A DNA stretch of 64,000 nt from Lytechinus pictus (GCF_037042905.1 NC_087245.1:34164001-34228000), one strand, 5' to 3'; counted from the stretch's first letter, positions 12,791-25,038 are shown. Notes: a model not told the origin generated them from the letters alone. Numbers and translations are program-made.

Positions 12791-13099
12791 CATTCAGAAA
12801 AAGGGCGCATGAAATTGACATTGCATAATCAAATATTACAGAAAGTTACTTAGTTATAGCACTTAAATCCTCCCGGGCAGCTGCCCTAAAATCAACCAAA
12901 CGAAAAAAAATAATCAAATAGACAAAATCAATGTAAAAATCTCACCTGATAAACTTTCGTGACGGATACTCGTACTTGGGCAAACGTGATGTCTGTGTCA
13001 TTCGGATACGAAACCGATTAACGCCCGAATAACTGAATATCATTTGTGCTTGCTACGATGGTTTCACCTGCCAAATCTTGACATGGGAAAGCATTATTA

Positions 13100-13385
13100 C
13101 CCAGGAGCGGCGCCGGGGTATAGGGGCAAGACGATTTAGAGATGACATCGGTTTCCTCCTCGATTAAATAATAGTATTCTAATGGAGTTAAATGACCAAA
13201 CACTTTCCTTTAAAGTTTTCTTTTATTATTCATTTTTGTATTTTCTCCTCTGGTAATTTTCATTAAAAACTTGAAAAAACATCACTGGAGGCCGCGTCCC
13301 CGCCCCCTCCCTGCGGCACCGCCCATGTAAGATAGTACGCCGAATCTGAGCTAACGGACAATGCAACGAGATTTTTCGGGGAAAA
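13100..13385. promoter_or_regulatory. CpG-rich promoter-like region, unit 1
   Basis: Sp/KLF GC box CCCCGCCCCC at 13298-13307, GGGGTATAGGGG at ~13115-13126, immediately upstream of the first minus-strand donor. Confidence 0.45.
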
Positions 13386-13409
13386 GCCTTACCACCTTTT
13401 TCTTTTAAA

Positions 13410-14447
13410 AAAAGTTGTAAAGCTTTCGGCACATTAACACTAAAAAAATATTCAAACGAATTCGATTACCCGTAGGTGACAACAAAGCAATCTTCTTGAT
13501 ATGACACAATAACATTTATGGAGATAGGCTAAGATCAAGCTTCGGTCAGGCTCCTATAGGGGGACCCTATCATTTTGCCTAATTAACTTACTCTACGAAT
13601 CCTGGCACTAAAACCTAACTGTAACCCATATCCATAAATGTCAATGTTTCATTAAGATCATTAAGTGAAATTGCCGTATTGTTCTAGGGGTAAAATGGAC
13701 TCACTCATACAGCAACGTTTGTTCAGTCTGGCATCTGTCCTCTCTCTCTCTCTGATTTTGTCATGTATCCACGTTCACACTTCACAGCACGGTTCCTACC
13801 ATGTTCACAGTAACATATTTCAGCTCCAAACAAAAGGTTCCTGTCAGATCCAGTGATAACGTATTTTCCATAGCTCCACAAGCATGTCTCTGTTCGCTCA
13901 TATTCACAATATTATCAAATTCAAATTGATAAATCAAGGGGAGAACAACCGTCCAGAGACCCATCAACAAACCTCCCGTAAGGTTCGGATTAGTCTCGGC
14001 GAAGCTCGATCTGCCTTGAAAATTTTGTCTAGTCCGCACACGAAAGAATATTGTACTACACTGATTCTGCATCTGGAGTCCTTCCAAATAATATTCAACC
14101 GTATGAATATGAGGAAAGTATCGCCAAAGAATGGTACCTAATGGTGTTTTTCTCCGTGTCCATAATCTACTGTATATCAAGCATTTAATGAGAACTCGGC
14201 AGGTCTTGTCTATATTTCTCAATTTCATCATTGGAGGAGGCGTGACCCTGTCCATGGATGTAGTGAGGTCGACGGTGAATAAATTAGAGCACAAACTTCT
14301 ACAGGAATCGAGTCTTAAAGTTGAAACATACTTTTCACTCCATGTGCATATTTCGAAACAAGTTCCAGATAACTTGAGGACTCTGAATTCCGTGAAAACT
14401 GTGGAATTTAAAGAAAACACACAAAAAATGATTATGAATACCAACAA
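13410..14447 (-). pseudogene. Decayed LRR-like coding remnant (possibly NLR/F-box-type LRR); longest open frame in window is here (221 aa, 13782-14447)
   Basis: LxxLxL-like segments: FRVLKLSG, VSTLRLDSC, MMKLRNID, FPHIHTVEY, TLSLDLTG, LELKYVTV; downstream CTGACCGAA(G)CTTGATCTTAGC reads LTE-LDLS with one extra base. Frame is broken in the other copies. Confidence 0.4.
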
Positions 14448-15058
14448 CGATTACGAATACCGGTACAATGAGAAGAGAACAAAATAATGACAATTGTTAT
14501 ATTTAAAGACACAAATATATAATTCACTGCAGTTAAACTTGTGCATATGTGTTGTTAATTAAACGAATTCTGCTTCTGCGATATTTATTGGCACAATTGA
14601 ATAAGTTAAATAATACTTAACGTAGGTTCTCAGAAGAATATCACTTAACACTGATCAATATCTAAACTACAAGCTTAAGGCAAGTCTTCAGACAAATTTG
14701 AAAAAGTAGAACACTACCAAACCTTTGAACTAGATCACCTGACAGTTTGGCGGGTTGACACAAAAACGTTCCGAGGGCCACACTTCCAGAACTCGACAAT
14801 CCTAGGCATGTATTCACATTTTCTATTAACAGGGTTTTCTTACTGGGACATTCCGTCTCTTATCAGCCACTCTGCTTTTGAGAATGAAAGAACGGAAATA
14901 AAAATTATCATGTTTAAAGGCAGGGCACATTGGAATACTATTTATAGAAGCTTGTTAGGACGAATAGAAGCAGAATTAAGAAATATTATAACATTTTAAG
15001 AGAGTAATGCCAATGGAAGACTACCAATAAATGCTGAAGTAGCTACCAACTAAATCAG

Positions 15059-15267
15059 TGCCGGCCGCACATAAACGTTGTTAGCCTAACAGAGCACTAA
15101 CATTAAGCCCAGTCACATCTTTCGGATTGTGAAGTCAAAACATTTATTTTAATGTGCAAGTAATGCATTGTTGCAACAGTAGACATCGCTACCACATTAC
15201 CGGTTGTAACAGGGCCTCTGTACGTTAGTGCATTGTTAGCGATAACAGCGTTTCTGTGCGGCCAGTA
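15059..15267. mobile_element. MITE, ~45 bp TIRs, apparent 3-bp CAG TSD (PIF/Harbinger-like)
   Basis: TGCCGGCCGCACATAAACGTTGTTAG...CTAAC vs GTTAG...TAACAGCGTTTCTGTGCGGCCAGTA; flanked by CAG on both sides; empty site in units 3, 4, 6 (AAATCAAGTTATT or AAATCGAGTTATT). Confidence 0.8.
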
Positions 15268-15652
15268 CAGGTTATTGATATTTTAATCGTATAAAGACAA
15301 TGTTAACAAAGGCCCTGGAAAAACTCCACCAAAGGTTGAACTGGCTATACTGGGCAAATAAATAAAAGTTATTATCAAGAGTAAGGGTAAAATCATATAT
15401 TTCATATGAGCTGGAAAGTTGAAAAACCGCCGATAATCGCTGAAGTAGTTACCCTTGGCGAAAAACGCATCAAGCTTGAACAGAGAATAAAGATCGTCAC
15501 ATATACAAGTTACGAAAAAGTAATGCCAATATAAAAAAAAAATAATAATTTGATGAATGTAAATCAAATATATGATTTAAAAGTAGATTTCAAACTGTAC
15601 TTTCCCATTCTGTTCAGCCGCTTTGCATTTCGAGAATGGAAGAGAAATAATA

Positions 15653-16041
15653 CAGGGTTCCCAGTTTTTCAAAATCAAAATTCCCTGATTTTTCCCTGAT
15701 GAAGTTTAAAAATTCCCTGATAATTGTTTAAACCCATTCCCAGTTTCGCATGTTTTGTAAGTTGTTGGAATGAATTACATGTATTTTCAGCAACAAATTT
15801 TGTACTGCAGTCAAAGAGGCTACACGCAAAAAACACCATAACTCGTCATTCAGTGGATGCTGTTTTGATATGCAACAAAATAGTCTGTTTGACTACCGTG
15901 CTTTCGACATTTGGGCCAATAAAATTTCCCCGATTTTCCCCTTATTTGAGGTATTCTATTTTATCGAATTCCCTGATTTTTCCCTGACTGGAAAAAAGTA
16001 AAATAATTTTCTCTGATTTCACTGATGGGTTTGGAACCCTG
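15653..16041. mobile_element. TIR MITE (CAGGGTTCC...GGAACCCTG) with subterminal TTCCCTGA repeats, unit 2
   Basis: Inverted termini; absent from the homologous site in unit 1 (~3165-3180). Superfamily unresolved. Confidence 0.8.
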
Positions 16042-17834
16042 TAGTAAAATGCAATAAATGGCCGCTAGAAAAACCGCTCCTAAAAGCCGAAGTTTATACA
16101 CAAGGAAAAGGGTCTTTATTAAAGGTTATCCCAAACAAATTAACAAGGCCTATGGATTCCAATAAAAGGGAAATGGCTAACCTACGAAAAGTTAAAGTGT
16201 TACCAAGATCAATAGCAGACCATTAACATCAGCTAAAGTGATTTCTCTCGGTTAAAAAAAATATTAATTTTCATAATTGATATAAAGCAAGTCGGGAAAG
16301 AAAAAAATGAGTAGTTACGAAAGAAATAAATACACTTGAATTACATTATTAATCAGGAAATTCCAATGAGTAAATATATTGAACTTTTGTTTTTGCATCA
16401 GCCGTTCTGCTTCATGCAGAGAATGAGAGAAAAAATAAATTTACCGTGTTAATAGGGCAGGGAGGAATGGGATGTTGGGAATATGTTTTGGTAATGATAG
16501 CAGGGTCGATGAAAAACGGACTTGTCTAACCTGGAAAATGACAGTCATTATAAATATTCATGTAAAAAAAGTATCAAGCCTGAAATGAAAAGACAGTAAA
16601 GGTTAAAAGTTATAAGTAATATAGAGGACGGCCAATACCAGCTGAAGTGGTTTCCCTTAGTGAAAAATAGAAGAACCATTGTTCATATTATAAACAAAAT
16701 GTATCCAGACAGAAAAAAAGTATTAGAAATTCTGAAAAGAGGAAATACAATCGTTTATATAATTAATTAATTGTTGATTTGAATAAGTATGTATTAGACT
16801 TATGTTTTTGTATCATTTGCTCTGCTTCCGAGAGGAAAAAAAAAACATATCCGGGTACAGGGTGCGGTAAAGAGGTATTCATGAGGCTTTAAAAAATAAT
16901 TGCCAAAGTAAGCAAGGTCAATAGAAGACTGCCAACATCACCTAAAGAGGTAAAAATGATAATCATTTTAACATTATAATTAAAATGCATCAGCCGCTGG
17001 AATAACGCAAAAAAACCCAAACGAGTGGTTATTTTCAGTAAATACGAGCTATCAATAATATATAACAACATCATATTTACGACATAATTATGTCAACATG
17101 GGTCCACTTGGAGCTGTTTGCCTGTTTGGGTATAAACGTTATATAATGTAGAGCCATTAGCAATTGGTATCATGATGTATTCTCTATTGAACAAGTACCA
17201 CCCTCGAAGGAGACTGCCAATAAATGCTGATACGAAGTGGCTAAACTGAGTAAATAAAAATGATCATTATCAACATTGTCTTTAATCTTATCCAGCCTTC
17301 AAAGAAAAAATATATACCACATAGATTTATTGATTAAGCCCTTGAAATCATATCAACAGTCGTGTCTGTACGCCATTGTTCTCTCCGGGTCATCGTTCAG
17401 TAATTGCTTTGTCACAAGATCGCTCCTGGATACATGGAATGGAAAAGAAATATCGCTAAACTGCCATTAAATAACGACGATAAAATTAATATTTCAATTT
17501 TTTTTTTAATTTGCTCGATCATTTTTAGGCATTTTTATGGCAATAGATATAACGTTTTGTTTCTTCTTTTTCGAAATCATGGGGTAAATTTTGATAATTA
17601 TCATATTATATCAATGATAATGATCAGAGGCTTGATAATGTTTTTAATTCTCGGCATACATTTATGTATAATTGTAGCTTGTATTGATATTATATTTTCA
17701 TCACGCGTATTTGATACTGATTGATTTAATTAGGTACTTCATATAATGAGGTCGAAATGGCAGCATGGCTTTTAACTGTAAAAAAAAGAAAAACAAGATG
17801 ATATAATCATTCAAAATGATATATATTTACTTAC

Positions 17835-20800
17835 CTTTACATAGACGGAGGGTGAAATAATCAACACAAGCATCGAAACTTATTGACGGTGAGATGTTGA
17901 TCATGGGGAAAGCAAAATTAGTTGTTGTCTGACGAAAGGTTGTTGGAGCTAGTTTTAGATAGAGGAACTGCTCTCTGATGAAAGGGTGGCGAAGCTAGCG
18001 CGGTAAAAGGAAGGGAACTATCCGATGAACGGGTGACGAAGCTCGTAGTATGTGAAAGGAGACTAGCTGTTCTCTGATAAAAGGGTGATGAAGCTCGTGG
18101 TGAAAGGAAAGAGACTAGTTGCGCTCTGATGAGAGGTTGACGAAGCGAGTGGTAGATGGATGGAGTCTACTTGCTCTCTGGTGAAAGGGTGACGGAGCTA
18201 GTGGTAGATTGAAGAACACTTGTTGCTCTCTGATGAAAGGGTGACGAAGCTAGTGGTAGATGAGTGAGACTAGCTGATCTCTGATGAATGATGAAAGGGT
18301 GACGAAGCTAGTGGAAGATAGGAGACTAGTTGCTCTCTGATGAAAGGGTGATGAAGCTAGTGGTAGATGAAAGAAACAATTTACTCTCTGATGAAAGGGT
18401 GAGGAAGCTAGTAGTAGTGACGGAGACTAGTTGCTCTCTGATGAAAGGGTGACAAAGCTAGTGGCAGATTGAAGAAAACTTGTTGTTCTCTAATGAAAAG
18501 GGTGACGAGGCTCTTGGTGAAAGGAAAGAGACTAGTTGCGCTCTGATGAAAGGGTGACGAAGCTAGTGGTAGATGAGGGAAACTAGCTGATCTCTGATGA
18601 ATGGGTGACGAAGCTACTGGAAGATGGAAGGAGGCTATCTGATGAAAGGGTGACGAAACTAGTGGTAGATAGGAGACTAGTTGCACTCTGATGAAAGGGT
18701 GATGAAGCTGGTGGAAGATGAAAGGAGACTAGTTGCTCTCTGATGAACGGGTGACGAAGCAAGTGGTAGATGAAGGAAACTAGTTGCTCTCTGGTAAAAG
18801 GGTGACGAAGCTAGTGGTATATGAAGGAGATTAGTTGCTCTCTGGTGAAAGAGTGACGAAGCTAGTGGCAGATTGAAGAACACTTGGTGCTCTCTAATGA
18901 AAGGTTGACGAGGCTCTTGGTGAAAGGAAAGAGACTAGTTGCACTCTGATTAAAGGGTGACGAAGCTAGTGGAAGATGGAAGGAGACTAGTTGCACTCTG
19001 ATGACGAAGCTAGTGAAAGATGGAAGGAGACTAATTGTTCTCTGATGAAAGGGTGACGAAGCAAGTGGTAGATGAAGGAAACTAGTTGCTATCTGGTAAA
19101 AGGGTGGCGAAGCTAGTGGCAGATTGAAGATCACTTGTTGCTCTCTAATGAAAAGGGTGACGAGGCTCTTTGTGAAAAGAAAGAGACTAGATGCGCTCTG
19201 ATGAAAGGGTGACAAAGCTAGTGGTAGAAGGAAGGAGGCTATCTGATGAAAGGGTGACGAAGCTAGTTGTAGATAGAAGGAGACTAGTTGCACTCTGATG
19301 AAAAGGTGACGAAGCTGGTGGTTGATGAAAAGAGACTAGTTGCTCTCTGATGAAATGGTGACGAAGATAGTGGTAGATGAGGGAGACTAGTTGATCTCTG
19401 ATGAAAGGGTGACCAAGCTAGGGGCAGATTAAAGAACACTTGTTGCTCTCTAATGATAGGGTGGCGAGGCTCTTGGTGAAAGGAAAGAGACTAGTTGCGC
19501 TCTGATGAAAGGGCGACGAAGCTGGTGGAAGATGGAATGAGACTGGTTGCTCTCTTATGAACAGGTGACAAAGCTAGTGGTAGATGGACGGAGACTAGTT
19601 GCTCTCCGATAAAAGGGTGACGAAGTTAGTGGTAGATGGATAACGACTAGTTGCTCTTTAAAATAAATGATTACGAAATTAGTAGAAGATGGGAGGAGAC
19701 TAGTTGCTCTCTGATGAAAGGGTGACGAAGTTAGTGGTAAATAGAATGAAGCTATCTGGTTTAAGTGTGACGAAGCTAGTGGTAGATGGATAACGACTAG
19801 TTGCTCTTTCAAGAAAGGATTACGAAATTGGAAGAAGCTGGGAGGAGACTGGTTGCTCTCTAATGAAATGGTGACGAAGCTAGCAGTAGATGGAAGGAGA
19901 CAAGTTGCTCTTTGATGGATGGGTGACAAAGCTAGTAGTAGATGGAAGGAGACAAGTTGCTCTCTGGTGGAAGGTTGTGGAAGCTAGCTAGCAGCAGATG
20001 GAATGAGACTAGTTGGTTCCTGATGGAAGGGTGATGAAGCTAGTGGTAGAAGGAAGGAGGCTTTATGGCATGAAATCTGTGAAAAAGAATACATATTATA
20101 TTTCCTTGCTCTCAAGAAATCTTTCATAACAAGTAAAACTCCAGAAATATTATTTTTGCAGTCCGGTATACATCTTTGTTGCTAGATATTATTATACAGT
20201 TGTAAACCCCACAACCAACCATACCCTACCAGAATACTATACAACTTGCTTAATATATTTAATTTTATTCTTCATTAAGAATGTAATTGAATGTTCAGTT
20301 ACATTAAACCTCCTTGGTTGTATGAGATCGTTGGATAATGATGTAAATTTGCTGTTGTTTCACGGGAAAAATTACTCTCGCAGAGCTGGATAGAATTTCC
20401 AATGAAGATTTTTTTCTAGTCGACTTGGTTGTAGAAGCTTCTCTTCAAACCTATGTCCAGAAGTATTGTCATTCCAGCCAGACCTGTAACATAAACAAGA
20501 AATTGATATTATAATATAGTTTGGTTCTGATTGTTTGGCATTTAATATATAAAGCATGCACCATGTAGATCTAGAATGTAAAAAAATCACGTGATGGAAT
20601 GTTATCACTTAATAATGATCATCCTGTTTGTTGGTGTTTATATCTATGACCTAGATCTATCAATAGAAAATATCAAACAAATGTCGTTACTAGTTTGATT
20701 ATGATCATCGATGTTAGCCTCAGTATATACATTACTTGTCTAAAGTCACTTCTATGTATCTCTAAAATTCACGGCAACTTAGCTCAAACCTATGTCTCCA

Positions 20801-22775
20801 CCACTTTATTAAGTCAAAAGTTCATAGGTATGTGGTTTTGTAATAAAATGTCAAACAAAAATTACGAAATTTGAATAACAGCAATGGTAATAACGAATGG
20901 TTAGATATAGACTTACACCTGCAATTGGTTTGTATATATACAGAATTTGTCAAAAGAGTTTAAATGAAATAAAGCTTACTGCAATAATTCAGACGATCGA
21001 GACGATTATCATGTGCATAATTATCAAACGTAATGGCTCAACGCAAAAACGAATGATCGTAAGAGAGACTCGACGAATGAACGAGTGGCTGAACGAATAC
21101 TATTTGAATATATGTATTAACAGTTGTTGTTTTTTCGCTAGCTGAAAGTATAACGTCAGAAGGCAAAAAGCTGAACGATTATACATAACGCGCAACCTCA
21201 ACTTTTTTTTCAAAACAGGTCGTACTATCACGGTCACGTTGAAATTAAGTCACCTTTGGATGAAACTGCATTAACCTTTTCGAGATTATATCTACCCCAG
21301 CAAGTTTCAGGCACCCATTGGGGCCCTAGTTGTATGCTTTTTTCTACAAAACCTGGAATTAAACGTCGACTCACAAATGAGCTCGATAAAATTCATATGT
21401 TCATTAAAATCATGAATCATATACTTTTCTCCCGGTAAAAAACTCCTGAAAAACTTTGATCAATTTACATGTCTTTGCTAAGGTTTACATGGAGACGAAA
21501 TGATTAAAATAAATGATTTTTTTTTACTGTCCAAAAGCCTCTGGCTAGTGCTGAACAGATATTTGTGTTATTCCATACCCGAAACATAAACATCAAAAAT
21601 CATAATAATAAAATTGTTTGGTTATGATAAAGGTTTCTAAGAGTGATATACATGTATGAATTATGCATTATATATCTAGATTATTAAAAAAATCTTTTTC
21701 ATTTTAAAAAGAACATTATTACCGCTATTATAACTACCATCATCACCATGAGGTAACAATTTTGGGGATTACTTATTTACTTATGTTTTATCTAGATCTA
21801 CCAACAGAGAGAAAGTTAGGCCTATGTCTATGCCATGTATTCTGCGACTGTTACCATCTGTGCTTTTGTATGCGCCTATGGCCCTTTCCCTTCTATAATC
21901 CACGATTCTTTGAGCAACAACCCTGGTAGGGTACAGTATTTATTTTCAGTATATAACAGAATATAAAACAGGTTTTCAGTTTTGTCAACATAACAATACT
22001 ATTCTTCCATGAGGTCATTATTGGTAACGATTTCTAGATATATTACTTTATGTGCGTGGGACTGTTGTTATAACAATTATAATAATTACGAGAATGGCAC
22101 ATAAAAATCTGAGCATATTAAGACGAGATCTACATGTAGGAAGAATTGTAATTCAAAACTATTATTGTCCTTGTCCACATATTGACTTTGAATGGGTCTA
22201 TTGCTTTTTGTCAGAATACAGATCATCTTAAACCTAAATATTTATGAACCACCCAATCTTACTCACACTTGACTTTCTATTGAGGATTACCATGGGGAAA
22301 ATTCTCCACGGAGTTTACAACTCTGTTATGGGGCTGTGCACTGAACCATACTATTTTCCTTATGAGAATAGTAAAGTAGAAATTCTAAAAAGGGTGTGCA
22401 TAATTGAGATGGCATAATCAAATATTATACAAAATTACTTACTTATAGCACTTAAATCCTCCCGCAGTCAGATGTATAGTGGATCGGGCAGCAAGGTGCC
22501 CTATAATCAACCAAACTAAAAACAATAATAAATAACCAAATATACAAAATCAGTGTAATATATCTCACCTGGTAAACTTTCGTGACGGATACTCGTACTT
22601 GGGCAAACGTGATGTCTGTGTCTTTTGGATACGAAACCGATTAACGCCCGAATAACGGAATATCATTCCTGCTTGCTACGATGATTTCACCTGTCAAATC
22701 TTGACATGGGAAAGCATTATTACCCAGGAAAGGAGCCGGGGTATAAGGGCAAGACGATTTAGAGATGACGTCGGT
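17835..22775 (-). ncRNA. Putative spliced repeat-exon transcript, copy 2
   Basis: Donor 22569, acceptor 20483, array-exon acceptor 20076, donor 17835 all retained. Confidence 0.5.
17918..20062. repeat. Minisatellite array 2 (~2.1 kb)
   Basis: Same ~52-bp consensus in tandem. Confidence 0.97.
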
Positions 22776-23010
22776 TTTCTCCTCGTTTAAATAATAGTGT
22801 TCTAAGGGAGTTAAGTGACCCAACACGTTCCTTTAATGTTTTACTTTTATTATTCATTTTTGTATTTTCTCCTCTTGTAATTTTCATTAAATACTTGAAA
22901 AAACATCACCGGAGGCCACGCCCCCGTCCCCTTCATGCGGCACCGCCCCTGTAAGAAAGTACGCCGAATCCGAGCTCACGAACGATGTAACGAGATTTGT
23001 CGGGGAAAAG
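22720..23010. promoter_or_regulatory. CpG-rich promoter-like region, unit 2
   Basis: CCACGCCCCC GC box at ~22916, GGGGTATAAGGG, TGACGTC (CRE-like). Confidence 0.45.
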
Positions 23011-23034
23011 CCTTACCACTTTTTTCTTTAAAAA

Positions 23035-24045
23035 AAAGTTGTAAAGCATTCGGCACATAAACATAAAAAATTATTCAAATGAATTCGATTACCCGTAGGT
23101 GACAACACAGCAATCTTCTTGATATGACACTACAACACTTAAAGGATATCGGCTAAGATCAAGCTTCGGTCAGGCTCCTATGGGGGACCCTATCATTTTG
23201 CCTAATTAAATTACTCTACAAAACCTGGCACTAAAACCTAACCGTAACCTATATCCATAAAATGTCAAAGTTTCATTAAGATCAGTAAGTGAAATTGCCG
23301 TATTGTTCTAGGGGTAAAATGGACTCACTCATACAGCAACGTTGGTCAGCCTGGCATCTGTCCTCTCTCTCTCTCTCTCTCTCTCTGACATCGTCATGCA
23401 TCCACAGGACTAAACAAAAATTTCCCTTTGGATCCAGTGATAAAATATTTCTCCGTGGTGTCTCTGTTCGCTGATGTTCACATTATCAAGTTCAACTTGA
23501 CAAATCAAGGGGAGAACAACCGTCCAGAGACCCATCAACAAACCTCCCGTGAGATTCGGATTAGTCTCGGCGATGCTCTGCCTTGAGAATGGTGTTTATC
23601 TAGTGCGCACACGAAAAATAGAGATCTGTCCAAGAAGAATATTGTTAACTGATTCTGCATCTGGAGTCCTTCCTAATAATATTCAACCGTATGAATATTA
23701 TGAAAGTATCGCCAACGAACGGTACTTAATGGTGTTTTTCTCCGTGTCCATTATCTAATGGATATCAAGCATTTAGTCAGAACTCGGCAGGTCTTGTCTA
23801 TATTTCTCAATTTCATCATTGGAGGAGGCGTGACATTGTCCATGGATGTAGTGAGGTCGACGATGAATAAATTAGAACACAAACTTCTACGGGAATCGAG
23901 TCTTAAAAGTTGAAACACACTTTTCACTCCATGTCCATATTTCGAAACAAGTTCCAGATAACTTAAGGACTCCGAATTCCGTGAAAACTGTGGAATTTAA
24001 AGAAAACACACACACAAAATATTGTAAATACCAATGATGATTACG
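23035..24045 (-). pseudogene. Paralogous LRR-like remnant, frameshifted (unit 2)
   Basis: Homologous to 13410-14447; only ORF fragments remain (e.g. 23887-24081). Confidence 0.35.
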
Positions 24046-24952
24046 AATACCGACAATAAGAAGAGAACAAAATAATGACAATCGTTATATTGGAAGACAC
24101 ACATATCAAATTCACTGCACATTAAACTTGTACATATGTTGTTAATATTTGTTAATAAAGTCAGAATGAAACGAATTCTGCTTCTGCGAGATTTATTGAC
24201 ACGATTGAATAATTTAAATAATACTTAACACAGGTTCTCAGAAGAATATCAGTTAACACTGATCAAGATCTAAACTACAAGCTTAAGGCAAGTCTTCAGA
24301 CAAATTTGGAGAAAGAAGACAACTTTTCCTCACATTAGTCAAGCAAACATACTATAAAACAAAGTAATTCTACATGTTTTAATAGAGCACTACCAACCTT
24401 TTGAACTAGATCACCTTGAAAGTTTTGGCGGGTTCAAAAAAAATGTTCCGAGGGCCGCACTTCCAGAACCCGACAATCCTAGGCCTGTATTCACATTTTC
24501 TATTAACAAAGTCTTCGTTCTGGGAATTCTGTCTTTTATCAATCACTATGCTTTTGAGAATGAAAGAACGGAAATAAAAACTATCATGTTTAATGGCAGG
24601 GCACATTGGAATACTGCATATAGAAGCTGTAACGGCTAGTTAGGAAGAAAAGAAGCAGGGTTAAGGAATATTATAACATGTAAAGAGATGAAAGACTGCC
24701 AATAAACGCTGAAGTGGCTACTAACTAAATCGAGTTATTGATATGTTCATCGTTTAAAGACAATGTTAGCAAAGGCGCTGGAAAACCTCCATCAAAAGTT
24801 GAACTGGCTATTCTGGGCAAATAAATAAAAGTTATCCTTGGTGAAAAACACATCAAGCTTGAAAAGAGAATAAAGATCGTCAGATATACAAGTTACGAAA
24901 ATTGTATGCCAATGTAAAAAAAAACAATAATTTGATCAATGTAAAACAAATA

Positions 24953-25038
24953 CAGTCAAACATGTGTTAGTGGCCACCTGTCTATAAATGCCACATTTTG
25001 TGTTTCCCTTGGGTGGTCACTATAGACAGGTTTCACTG
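24953..25038. mobile_element. 86-bp Tc1/mariner-pogo-type MITE with TA TSD
   Basis: TA|CAGTCAAACATGT...ACAGGTTTCACTG|TA; absent from other units (CAAATATATGATTT). Confidence 0.8.

Larger units (their letters stand above)
5352..13150 (-). ncRNA. Putative spliced repeat-exon transcript, copy 1 (lncRNA or transcribed mucin-like pseudogene)
   Basis: Donor CAG|GTGAGA (exon ends 12946); acceptor TTTCTTGTTTATGTTACAG| (10456); donor CTG|GTAGG (10195); acceptor TATTTTATTTCACAG| (10037); donor AAG|GTAAGT (5352). 5' and 3' ends unknown. Confidence 0.5.
2500..14808. repeat. Tandem macro-unit 1 (~12.3 kb; left ~2 kb strongly diverged)
   Basis: Collinear with units 2-6; landmark TGTATTCACATTTTCTATTAAC at 14809, 24486, 34733, 43766, 53720. 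Left boundary approximate. Confidence 0.9.
14809..24485. repeat. Tandem macro-unit 2 (~9.7 kb)
   Basis: Same order of segments between consecutive landmarks. Confidence 0.95.

Noticed and set aside
13018..13203. 61-aa ORF (GHLTPLEYYYL...) open in units 1, 2, 4, 5
   Set aside because: GTG start in three of four copies, no recognisable domain, deleted in unit 3; persistence is expected from recent duplication.
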